A stretch of 64,000 bases of DNA from Candidatus Staskawiczbacteria bacterium (GTDB taxonomy: Bacteria > Patescibacteriota > Minisyncoccia > Minisyncoccales > Staskawiczbacteraceae). A program made the position numbers and the translations under genes. This document shows positions 46,956 through 55,978 of the stretch, piece after piece. How positions within the stretch are numbered: the stretch's first letter is position 1; each line of letters begins with the position of its first letter. Below the pieces are notes generated by a model. The model had not been told where the DNA came from. It saw only the letters and a list, made by a program, of their open reading frames with translations, and did not search any database. The stretch spans positions 10,693 to 74,692 of the forward strand of contig CAIYRH010000018.1 of NCBI GenBank assembly GCA_903928565.1, in the 5' to 3' direction.

Positions 46956-47681
46956 ATGGAATTATTAATTTTTGTTTATATAATTTTAGGTTTGGTGCCC
47001 AGCTTGGTTTGGTTGGCTTACTATTTAAGAGAAGACATGCACCCCGAACCGAAAAGAATGATTTTAGAAATTTTCTTTTGGGGAGCACTTATTACAATTC
47101 CCGTTTTTTTTGTTCAAGTTGGACTTGCCAATTTGTTGGAAATGACAAACTTAAACTCGACTATTTTTAGCATTATATATTGGTTTTTAATAATTGCTTT
47201 CTCTGAGGAATTTTTTAAATATTTGGTTTTTAGAGTAAAAGTTTTTAATAGTCCGCATTTAGACGAACCTTTGGATGTTATGCTTTATATGGTTGTTGCT
47301 GCATTAGGTTTTACTGCCATTGAAAACATTCTTTACTTGTTTTCGCCCGCCGGACCAATGTCTTTTGACCAATCGGTCACCAGAGCGCTAATTATGGTGC
47401 TAATTCGCTTCATTGGAGCCACTTTCTTGCATACATTGTGCTCAGCAACTGCCGGCTATTTCCTGGCCATTTCCATTCAAAAAGCAAAAAAGAAATATAT
47501 CCCACTTATTTTAGGTTTGTTAATAGCAACTGTATTACACGGATTGTATGACTTCTCTTTAATGGCAACTAACAACTATATAAAAATTGGCGTTCCCATT
47601 GCCATAATAGTCGTGCTTGCCGTTTTTGTATTTACCGGATTTTCCAGACTCCAAAAAATGAAGAGCGTTTGCAAGGTTTAA
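46956..47681 (+). CDS. PrsW-family intramembrane metalloprotease
   Basis: D.HPEP, EEFFK, ALGFTAIEN, H, LHGLYD. Confidence 0.9.
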   Translation: MELLIFVYIILGLVPSLVWLAYYLREDMHPEPKRMILEIFFWGALITIPVFFVQVGLANLLEMTNLNSTIFSIIYWFLIIAFSEEFFKYLVFRVKVFNSPHLDEPLDVMLYMVVAALGFTAIENILYLFSPAGPMSFDQSVTRALIMVLIRFIGATFLHTLCSATAGYFLAISIQKAKKKYIPLILGLLIATVLHGLYDFSLMATNNYIKIGVPIAIIVVLAVFVFTGFSRLQKMKSVCKV

Positions 47682-47717
47682 TTATAAAATAAAAGCACCC
47701 TACCGGGTGTTTTTTTG

Positions 47718-47788
47718 CTGCGAGGCTTGGACTCGAACCAAGATAACATCCTTCAGAGGGACGTGTCCTACCATTAGACGACCTCGCA
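47718..47788 (-). tRNA. tRNA-Gln(CTG)
   Basis: Cloverleaf TGCGAGG/CCTCGCA, anticodon loop CTCTGAA, T-loop TTCGAGT. Confidence 0.93.
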
Positions 47789-47804
47789 ATTCAATATTGT
47801 TATC

Positions 47805-48719
47805 TTATACCTGCAAGTGTTTTTTGACAACTATGAAACTGGAGATAACCCCCACCCCAATTCCAAACCCCAATTGTAATAAAATAAAAATCCACAAATT
47901 ATTTAAGAAATACCCAAACATGTCAAAGCCCGGCAAAATAATTGCCATTTGGGGCGACAAAAGAAATGCCGTAATTGCAGAAATGAAAATGCAAAATAAG
48001 AATGCAATAAACCCGTAAATTACGCCCTGAATAATAAATGGGCCCCTGATAAACCAATCTGAAGCGCCAACAATTCTCATTGTGCTAATTTCGTCTCTTG
48101 AATTTTCAATGGCAAGCTTTATTGTGTTGTAAACAACCAAAATGGCAACTAGCGCTAAAATAATTCCCAGTATTAAACCAACTGTATTTATTTTTGACGT
48201 TATGGAATAAACTTTTTCAATAATATCTTTTTTCTGAGAAAAATCTACCGTGTCTATTAAATTGCTAAAATCTGAAGTTTGCAAAAGGCTGGCAATTTGC
48301 GCATATTGAGCTGGTTCGCCATTGGTTGTGATGTTTAAAGATGGCAAAAATGGATTTGCTCCAACTTCTTGTAAAGCCTGCGATAAAGTTGAGTCGCTTT
48401 GATGAATTGTGTTAAAAGTGGCCAACGCCTGATCTTTAGAAACGTAATCAATGTTCTTTATGTTTGGTGCCAATTTTACTATTTGGTCTCTTACATTTAA
48501 AATATCTTGCTCTTGAGTGCCATCTTTAAAATAAGCAGTAATATCAATTTTGTCTTGTATTTGCGTGGTTAAATAACCAACCATGTTTTGAAAAAAGAAA
48601 AGCCCAGTAACAAGCAAAATGGTAATTATTAAAACAAAAATTGCGGCAATTGAAATTCCTTTATTTCTGCTAAAATCTTTAACAGCAAAATTTGTAATTC
48701 TTTTTAAATTTGTTGGCAT
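47805..48719 (-). CDS. ftsX: Cell division permease FtsX
   Basis: YVSKDQAL, NPF, NTIKLAI..R.EI..MR.VGA...FIRGPF. Confidence 0.9.
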   Translation of the reverse strand: MPTNLKRITNFAVKDFSRNKGISIAAIFVLIITILLVTGLFFFQNMVGYLTTQIQDKIDITAYFKDGTQEQDILNVRDQIVKLAPNIKNIDYVSKDQALATFNTIHQSDSTLSQALQEVGANPFLPSLNITTNGEPAQYAQIASLLQTSDFSNLIDTVDFSQKKDIIEKVYSITSKINTVGLILGIILALVAILVVYNTIKLAIENSRDEISTMRIVGASDWFIRGPFIIQGVIYGFIAFLFCIFISAITAFLLSPQMAIILPGFDMFGYFLNNLWIFILLQLGFGIGVGVISSFIVVKKHLQV

Positions 48720-48761
48720 GAGATTAAAATTATTCTAATTATATTAATTATTCTAATTACA

Positions 48762-49442
48762 CTAAATAATAAATTTTCCTTCGGCTTCGTCTCTTAAAAT
48801 TTTACCTTGTTCTAAGGTAATTACTCTTTTCCCTAATTTATTTATAACTTCTCTGTCGTGAGTGGCTAAAATAATTGTTTTTCCGGCTTGATTAATTTTT
48901 CTTAAAAGCGCAATGACTTCGTATGTGTTGTAAGGGTCTAAATTGCCGGTTGGTTCGTCGGCAATAATTATGTCGGGCTGGTTTACAAGGGCTCGGGCAA
49001 TGGCAAGCCTTTGCTGTTCGCCACCGGAAAGTTGATGGGGGAAATTATTAACTTTATTTTCTAAACCAATAACTTCTAACACTTTGGGAACTTCCCTTTC
49101 TATTTCTTCATTATCTTTGCCCTCTACCTGCATAATGTAAGCCACATTTTCATAGACGGTTTTTTTAGGCAATAATTTATAATCTTGGTGAATGACGCCA
49201 ATTTTTCTTCTTATTTCTTGAATTTTTAAAGAGTCGGCCTCGCTTAAATTTGTACTTTCAAAAAAAACTTCACCTGAAGATGGCTTTTCTAACCCTAAAA
49301 TTAAATGAATTAGAGTAGTTTTGCCAGAACCGGACTTGCCCACAATTGATACAAATTCTCCTTTTTTTACATCAAATGAAACGTCTTGCAAAACTAGAGT
49401 ATCTGGTGGGTAAATTTTTTCTACGTTTTTAAATTTTATCAT
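48762..49442 (-). CDS. ftsE: Cell division ABC ATPase FtsE
   Basis: [32 protein letters not shown]; adjacent to ftsX. Confidence 0.9.
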   Translation of the reverse strand: MIKFKNVEKIYPPDTLVLQDVSFDVKKGEFVSIVGKSGSGKTTLIHLILGLEKPSSGEVFFESTNLSEADSLKIQEIRRKIGVIHQDYKLLPKKTVYENVAYIMQVEGKDNEEIEREVPKVLEVIGLENKVNNFPHQLSGGEQQRLAIARALVNQPDIIIADEPTGNLDPYNTYEVIALLRKINQAGKTIILATHDREVINKLGKRVITLEQGKILRDEAEGKFII

Positions 49443-50521
49443 ATTTTATTTCAGCTTCTATAAATTTTTCTAAGTCGCCGTCTAAAACTCCTTCGGCATC
49501 GCTTGTTTCATAAAGCGTGCGCAAATCTTTTACCATTTTATAAGGGTGCAAAACATAAGACCTAATTTGATTCCCAAACCGCACTGAAATGTTTTCACCT
49601 TTTATTTCTTTAATTTCTTTAACGTGCTGTTCTTCGCGCAACTGATATAATTTTGCCACCAAAATTTTCATTGCCTTATCTTTATTTTTTCCTTGCAGCC
49701 TTTCTTTTTGCGAAGCGACTACAATGCCAGTTGGTATGTGCGTAATTCTAATGGCCGATTCGGTTTTATTTACATATTGGCCACCAGGGCCAGAAGCTTT
49801 AAATGTGTCTATTTTTAAGTCGTCTGGCCTAATTTCTAATTCAATTTCGTTATCTTTAATTTCCGGCAATATATTTACAAGCGCAAAAGAAGTGTGGCGA
49901 AGTTTTTGCGAATTAAATGGCGAAAGTCTTACCAACCTGTGTACGCCTGCTTCTTTTTTTAAAAAACCGTAAGCATAGTTTCCTTTTATTTCTATTATAA
50001 CAGATTTTGTGCCAATTCTTCCTTCGGGGCCACCGCCTTCGCCAAGCGCTTGGTGCAAAATTGCAGTTTTATAACCTTTTTTCTCACAATAGCGTTCGTA
50101 CATTCGTAAAAGCATTGTTGACCAATCTTGCGAATCTTGCCCACCGGCCCCAGAATATATTTCTAAAATTGCATTGCTTTTGTCGTATTTGCCTGACAAA
50201 TAAGTCTTAAATTCTTGCTTTTCTATCTTTACATTCAAATTTTCCAAAGAAAATTTGTCCTGAGCGGAGTCGAAGGATTGCAACACCTTATAATCGGCAA
50301 TATCATTTTTTATTTCTTCCAATGCTGATATTTCATTTTTTATTTCTGAGATTTCTTGTTGAACTTCCGTTGCATGTTCGTTGTCGTTCCAGAAATTTGG
50401 CAGTAATGATTCTTCTTCTAACTCTTTTAATTTCTTTTCTTTTCCGGCTACATCAAAGACGGTCTCCCAAATTCTGGAGCCTTGTTTCTAACTCTTCAAT
50501 TTGTGGAGTTGCATCTACCAT
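49429..50521 (-). CDS. prfB: Peptide chain release factor 2 with programmed +1 frameshift
   Basis: ATG 50521; GGGAGAC-CGT-CTT-TGA-T (CTT TGA at 50458-50453); SPF and GGQ motifs. Confidence 0.93.
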
Positions 50522-50605
50522 ATTGTTTTTATTTTATCATAATAATTGAAACAAAAAAAGACCGCAAGGCGAACCTTACGGAGTGCGTCGCTGAAAAACA
50601 GCGAC

Positions 50606-51268
50606 CTAAGACCTGGCAATGGAGAGCATGAGTTCTATGATGAACCGCTGAGCGCGCCCATAATTGAAAGTTTTTGCCTTGATAGCTTTTTCTAGGCGAC
50701 GAGCAGCACGCGTGACTTTGAGGTTGTGCTCAAGTTTATGCATCTCGCCCATAAAGAAACGACACCAAGCTAGACTCATAAACCTGGATAAACCACAGGG
50801 CATCTCCGCATTTAGCGACACTGTTTCGTCAATTGGCAAGCATGTCAATTTTGCGCTGAAAAAATTCATCGTCTTGAAGTAATCAGCACTGCCCACCTCA
50901 ATATCGCTATTCTCTCTGGGTATTTCATCTCCACTTATGAGAATTTGCCTGTTAGCCCAATCATAACAATGATATCCAACGCGCATGTTAGAGGGCAAAA
51001 CGGCATGATCGTAAGTGACCGCGATGCGCGAGATATAAAGACGTTCGTCGGTGGGCGTCCAATAAGAATGGATTACGGTGCCAGACGACCCCACGTCTTC
51101 AATTGCTTTTGTCCAGTTTTTTTCTTCCATCGACACAACAAGAGCGTCTTTAAGCCTGGTGCATCGCACATCTGGCCGGCCCGACCTGTTATACTCTTCC
51201 GCAGTAAAAGCACTAAATTGATCGCTGAGCGTAATAGCCTTGTAAGTGAAGCTCAATGTTTTTTTCAT
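50606..51268 (-). CDS. Hypothetical protein, paralog of 27170..27769
   Basis: GGAGG RBS before MKKT; TTGACA-17-TAAGCT promoter; terminator about 50552-50581. Confidence 0.72.
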   Translation of the reverse strand: MKKTLSFTYKAITLSDQFSAFTAEEYNRSGRPDVRCTRLKDALVVSMEEKNWTKAIEDVGSSGTVIHSYWTPTDERLYISRIAVTYDHAVLPSNMRVGYHCYDWANRQILISGDEIPRENSDIEVGSADYFKTMNFFSAKLTCLPIDETVSLNAEMPCGLSRFMSLAWCRFFMGEMHKLEHNLKVTRAARRLEKAIKAKTFNYGRAQRFIIELMLSIARS

Positions 51269-51393
51269 AGTACATTTCCTCCATTGTTTGGATGATGTAA
51301 AGAGCATCTGTGTTTAGATAAGGCACACCGAAAAGCCTCCGATGTTATAGCTTATAACACGAATTGTTTTATGTCAACAAAAAACGCTATTGC

Positions 51394-51419
51394 CTCAGGT
51401 TACCCTACGGTAACCTGAG
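51394..51419. repeat. Palindrome family copy 4 (variant centre)
   Basis: CTCAGGTTACC-CTAC-GGTAACCTGAG. Confidence 0.85.
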
Positions 51420-51423
51420 CCGA

Positions 51424-51515
51424 ACTATTCCACTTTTTCGTGGAATGGCTGTGCCCCACCACCTTAATTTATTAATTTTTCATATAGGACAATTCTATAG
51501 AATTGTCCTATTGCG
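51424..51515. repeat. Two-hairpin trailer element (copy 1 of 3)
   Basis: ATTCCACTTTTTCGTGGAAT and TAGGACAATTCTATAGAATTGTCCTA; copies at about 54117-54218 and 57774-57878. Confidence 0.85.
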
Positions 51516-51529
51516 TTTTGTCGCACTTA

Positions 51530-51812
51530 TTATGCTACTTCGTTTTGATAACAACTTTCGCAATAAACTAATTCCGGACGGTCGGGAGAATAAGAAGTTT
51601 TGATTTCTTCCAATGCTGATATTTCATTTTTTATTTCTGAAATTTCTTGTTGGACTTCGGTAGCATGTTCGTTATCATTCCAAAAGTTAGGCAACACAGA
51701 TTCTTCTTCTAATTCTTTTAATTTCTTTTCTTTGCCAACTACATCAAAGACGGTCTCCCAAATTCTGGAGCCTTACTTCTAACTCTTCAATTTGCGGAGT
51801 TATATCTACCAT
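51530..51812 (-). pseudogene. Chimera: second prfB 5' end (with frameshift site) fused in frame to a Cys-rich-array C-terminus
   Basis: MVDITPQ..GDRL/(+1)DVVGKE..SALEEIK-TSYSPDRPELVYCESCYQNEVA*. Confidence 0.85.
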
Positions 51813-51883
51813 ATTGTTTTTATTTTATCATAATAATTGAAACAAAAAAAGACCGCAATAACTTTCGCTACTACGGATGTTTA

Positions 51884-52309
51884 CTATCCGGCCATTATGC
51901 CAGTCATAAAATTTTCTACCTCCAAAGCGATTTCTAGGCTCGTCAGACCGTCTTTCAGAGTCAGCACTAACGGATCTACCGTTTTTTCCATTGCTTCGAA
52001 TGCAAAACTATCGACACCAAAGATGACAATAGGCAAACATGGAATCTCCTCGCGCAATCTATGGTAAAGCGCTATGCCCGTTTCGCAACCACCCGCAACC
52101 AGATGTTCCCTAAACACTCCCCCGTATGGCAAAAAGTTAGAAGTGACTAACAGCTCTGACCGTTGGTCTTCTGGCTTATCAAATTGTTCCAAAACCGCCG
52201 AAGCATAGTCACAAACCACAACTTTATGCCCAGCTTTTTGCAATCTTGCAATGAGTATTTCATTAAAAAATCTACTATCTGTAGCGAATGCAATTCTGAA
52301 CGTTTTCAT
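51884..52309 (-). CDS. Receiver-like (pseudo-response-regulator) protein
   Basis: Alpha/beta pattern with ELLVTSNFLP at the expected D-x-x-M/L-P site, G..LY..LR...P.LPIVIF; start MKTF after GAAGGGAA. Confidence 0.55.
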   Translation of the reverse strand: MKTFRIAFATDSRFFNEILIARLQKAGHKVVVCDYASAVLEQFDKPEDQRSELLVTSNFLPYGGVFREHLVAGGCETGIALYHRLREEIPCLPIVIFGVDSFAFEAMEKTVDPLVLTLKDGLTSLEIALEVENFMTGIMAG

Positions 52310-52409
52310 GACGTTTGATTCCCTTCTTGTTGTGAAGTTGCTACGATTGATTAAGATCAATTATAATACTACCCGAATTATTCTATCTGTCAACAAAAAA
52401 CGCTATTGC

Positions 52410-52435
52410 CTCAGGTTATCACGTGATAACCTGAG
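52410..52435. repeat. Palindrome family copy 5
   Basis: CTCAGGTTATCACGTGATAACCTGAG, abutting the stop codon of array gene D. Confidence 0.95.
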
Positions 52436-54013
52436 CTAGGATATTTCGGTTTGATAGCAGGCCTCGCAGTAAACTATTTCGGGGCGGTCTGGGGCGTAGG
52501 AAGTTTTGATTTCTTTGGCGCATTTGGCACATTGGCGGTTCCACAGTTTAAATGGAGTGCGCATAGACAATCTTTTGCTGTGACGGCACATAAAACAATT
52601 AACGGGTTGTGGCAAACCCATTTCATTATAAAAATCTTGCTCGCGATCTATAATTTTAAAATAATTACCGCACTGCTGACATTTAAAAACATTCTTTTCA
52701 TCGCCGGCGTATTCTACCTTAGTTTTCTCTCTCCAAAGAAACCCCTTTTGCGCTGCTGTTTCTGGCGATAAAGGGAAATAGTCTTGGGCAAGCGTTTCGT
52801 TGTAGGCAAAGGGCGATAATTCTGCCGGAAAAAATTGGCCGTACTCGCCCGTTTTTTTCATATGTTCAATAATTTTATCTCTTAATGCAAAATACTCTTC
52901 TTTAGAATATTGTTTGTTAAATATACAATGTTTTTTCTTGCGCAAACCTACGCAACCAAACAAATCAGACGAATTGTAACAATAATAAGAATATTGAACA
53001 TCGTTGGAATACCAAACACGCTTGCTGTAAGAAATGTTCGTGCCCAATATGCTCATTGAGTCATTTATTAATTCACCATAGCCACTGCCAAAACAATCGT
53101 AAGCATCTTTAATTTTGAGCGATTCTTGAACCCATTTTAAATTTTCGCCATCGTTAATGCCAAAACAATTTTTACAATTTTTAGAATTATTTATATTTTC
53201 GCCAAAACAATCTACTGCATTTTTGAATGTGTGTAATTGACGTGGCTTTGAATTTACAAATTTTATGGCTTCATCTTGTGAAATGCTTTGTATCTTCTCA
53301 AAATATTCTTTTTTAGTATATGGTTTATTAAAAATGTGGAATTTTTTACTACGTAAACCCACACAAGCAAAACAATTTGAACAATCGCGGCAATCGTATA
53401 AATATGATGATTCTCTGCATTCAATTGCAAACCGGCTAAACCGAACATTATAACATTTTTGGCTGTCTATTAATTCGTAACATTTTTCGCATGGCCCACC
53501 AACCCAAAAACAATCCGCAGAATCCTTAAGATCGTTTGACTGAGAAGTGTACAGAACATTCTCGTCGTAGTCTGAGACAAAAGTCATATAACAATTTTTA
53601 CAACTTAAAAGCGAATGACAATAGTTGCAATTTGACGAATTAGTGTTGGCCACATGAGGAAATGGCACCGCCTGAATAAGTTGGGCAAATTGCTCAAAAA
53701 ATGGAACAGAAAAATTGAAATCTTTTCCATAACTCATAACATCCCAATTGTCGGACCACCAATAATCTTGGTCGTAAACTACAACGTTGGCTTGAGGCGG
53801 GAAAATTGATATTAATTCCTCAGAGTGCCCTGGCGCCTGGCACTTTCTTCTAAAAAGATTGTGCTCGTTGCGCCACATAAACCTTCTACCAATTCTGCAT
53901 TCTGGACAAAATGTTGGAGCGGGCACTTTCATTTTTTCGTAGAACGCAAAATCATCAGGCTCTATTACAAAGTCTTTTTTGCAGTTTTGACAATTTTTTG
54001 TTTGACTATCCAT
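52436..54013 (-). CDS. Cys-rich zinc-ribbon repeat protein, array member D
   Basis: MDSQTKNCQNCK..IEPDDFAFYEKMKVP; C-terminal CAKC-x17-CEAC; start moved to ATG 54013. Confidence 0.85.
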   Translation of the reverse strand: MDSQTKNCQNCKKDFVIEPDDFAFYEKMKVPAPTFCPECRIGRRFMWRNEHNLFRRKCQAPGHSEELISIFPPQANVVVYDQDYWWSDNWDVMSYGKDFNFSVPFFEQFAQLIQAVPFPHVANTNSSNCNYCHSLLSCKNCYMTFVSDYDENVLYTSQSNDLKDSADCFWVGGPCEKCYELIDSQKCYNVRFSRFAIECRESSYLYDCRDCSNCFACVGLRSKKFHIFNKPYTKKEYFEKIQSISQDEAIKFVNSKPRQLHTFKNAVDCFGENINNSKNCKNCFGINDGENLKWVQESLKIKDAYDCFGSGYGELINDSMSILGTNISYSKRVWYSNDVQYSYYCYNSSDLFGCVGLRKKKHCIFNKQYSKEEYFALRDKIIEHMKKTGEYGQFFPAELSPFAYNETLAQDYFPLSPETAAQKGFLWREKTKVEYAGDEKNVFKCQQCGNYFKIIDREQDFYNEMGLPQPVNCFMCRHSKRLSMRTPFKLWNRQCAKCAKEIKTSYAPDRPEIVYCEACYQTEIS

Positions 54014-54218
54014 AATTTTATTATAGTATGTTTTTTCACGTGGCGTGAAAAACATACTACTGTCACGTGTACTGTCACGTGTATTGTCAGGTTGTCGCAT
54101 GATAACCTGGTATTGGCTATTCCACTTTTTAGTGGAATGGCCGTGCCCCACCACTTTAATTTATATTTCTCACATACAACTATTCCATGGAATTGTTTAA
54201 TGGTGGGATTAGCAATGT
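54014..54218. repeat. Conserved inter-cassette block: leader hairpin, 12-bp repeats, palindrome copy 6 (54088-54109), trailer
   Basis: TAGTATGTTTTTTCACGTGGCGTGAAAAACATACTA; (GTGACAGTACAC)n; CAGGTTGTCGCATGATAACCTG. Confidence 0.9.
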
Positions 54219-55886
54219 CTAGGCGACTTCATTTTGATAGCAAACCTCGCAGTAAACTATTTCTGGGCGGTTGGGGGCGTAGCTGGTTTCAAATTCATTG
54301 ATGCAACCTGGTTTCATGCATTTTCTGTGCCAAAGTTTGGAAGGCCCGCGAAGCTCAAATCTTTTTTTGAGTCTACAAAAAAAACATTTTACAGGTATAG
54401 GAATTTTCCATTTACGATAAAAAGCCAACTCGTCAGGTACTATTTTATAATTTCTTTTGCAAACGTCACACTCTAATATTTCATTTAAAATTGAATCATC
54501 AACATTATTTATATTATCGGGGATATTTTTTAACGTAGTTTTACCGAGGGTTTTTTGAATATTTTCTTGCCAATTTAGCTCTTTGCTTAAAGCTTCTTCT
54601 TTTGTTAAAGGAAAATCTATCATCGCCATAGATTCGTTATAAGCAAACGGTGAATACTGCATTGGGAAAAACTCGCCCCACTCTCTTCCCTTTTTCATGT
54701 GTTCAATAATTTTTTCTTTTAAGGCAAAATATTCTTCTTTTGTGTATTGTTTGTTAAAAATTGAATATTCGCCATGTTTTAAAGCAACGCTGCCAAAACA
54801 ATTATTTGAAGATTGGCAAAAATCCGAATATGCCACATCCATGCATTTCCAAGCATGAATACAGTACAATGCCCTATTAGAATTATCTGGCGTTATGCTT
54901 TCATAGCATTATGAAAGTTCACCGCCAGAACACAAGTCGTAACTGTCTTTTTGAGTATCACCATTTTCTAAATATTTAGAATCTTCTGACCTGCGACAAT
55001 GAAAAACGTTTTTTGAATTTTTACTGTTAATTATATTATTCCCCGTGCAGTTTAGGCAATTTCTGGAAGAAACAAACCGCCTTGGCTGAGTAATTAAAAA
55101 ATTGTTAAATTCAAGTTGAGCCCTTTCGCAACCGTTTCGGCTTCCTATTTTATAAGCATCGATAATTTTTTCGTATTCTTCTTTTGTATATTGTTTATTT
55201 AAAATATAGTATTGCTTGTTGCGTAAATTTACAGACATAAAACAATTTTCACATCCAACACATTCAACGCAATAAGCGCAATTCATCAGACTGGAAGAGC
55301 CATAAACATTTCTGCATCCAAAACATTTGTCGCTATACATTACCTCATACAAACCTTCGCCCGTGCTAAAAATTCCCATTGAATCAACGGTGTCTTTTGT
55401 TTCGGCGCAATAACACGTGTACATACAATTTTCAACTTTCCATGAAACCATTGCCATATAACAATTTTTTCCCAAAGCGAAATTTTGGGTATATTCACAA
55501 TTTTCGCTTCCAATATTATTATCGTTGACTAAAGCAAGCGTGGGAACTTTCAATCTAAATTCCCTAAATTGATCAAAAAACGGTCTGTTAAAATCAAAAT
55601 CTTGTGCATATTGTTTGGGGTCCCATGAGTCTCCCCACCAACATTTATTACAATAAATGACTTGTGGGCTTTCTGGAGAATAAATTGAAATTATATTTCT
55701 TTTACATAAATCGCAATTACGATTATAAAAAACAAAATCGTTTCTCCATGACAATCGTCTCTGTCTTCTGCACTCTGCGCACCAGGTTGGGGGTGGGACT
55801 TTCATTTTTTCGTAAAACGCAAAATCATCGGGCTCAATTACGAACTCGCTGTTACAGTTTTGACAAACTTTTGTTTGACTATCCAT
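54219..55886 (-). pseudogene. Cys-rich array member C interrupted by one in-frame TAA
   Basis: ..GGELS*CYESITPDNSNRALYCIHAW.., TAA at 54911-54909; both ORF-track halves are in the same frame. Confidence 0.8.
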
Positions 55887-55972
55887 AATTTTATTATAGT
55901 ATGTTTTTTCACGTGGCGTGAAAAAACATACTACTGTCACGTGTACTGTCAGGTTGTCACGTGATAACCTGA
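55887..55972. repeat. Conserved leader plus palindrome copy 7 (55949-55972)
   Basis: Same leader hairpin; TCAGGTTGTCACGTGATAACCTGA. Confidence 0.9.
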
Positions 55973-55978
55973 TGAATT

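Noticed and set aside
47707-48018. Plus-strand ORF over tRNA-Gln, and similar ORFs at 59902-60253
   Set aside because: They overlap well-formed tRNA genes and ftsX or the FtsB-like gene.
50031-50053. GCCTTCGCCAAG in prfB as another inserted repeat
   Set aside because: Only a short match to the 61251 palindrome; it may be ordinary coding sequence and cannot be supported without ortholog alignment.
54909-54911. Stop-codon reassignment
   Set aside because: The stop is TAA, which terminates most genes here; other genes read normally in code 11.
54014-55940. ORF-track N-terminal extensions of array genes (MVGHGH..., MTVVCF...)
   Set aside because: They translate the shared non-coding leader; all four paralogs align from MDSQTK.
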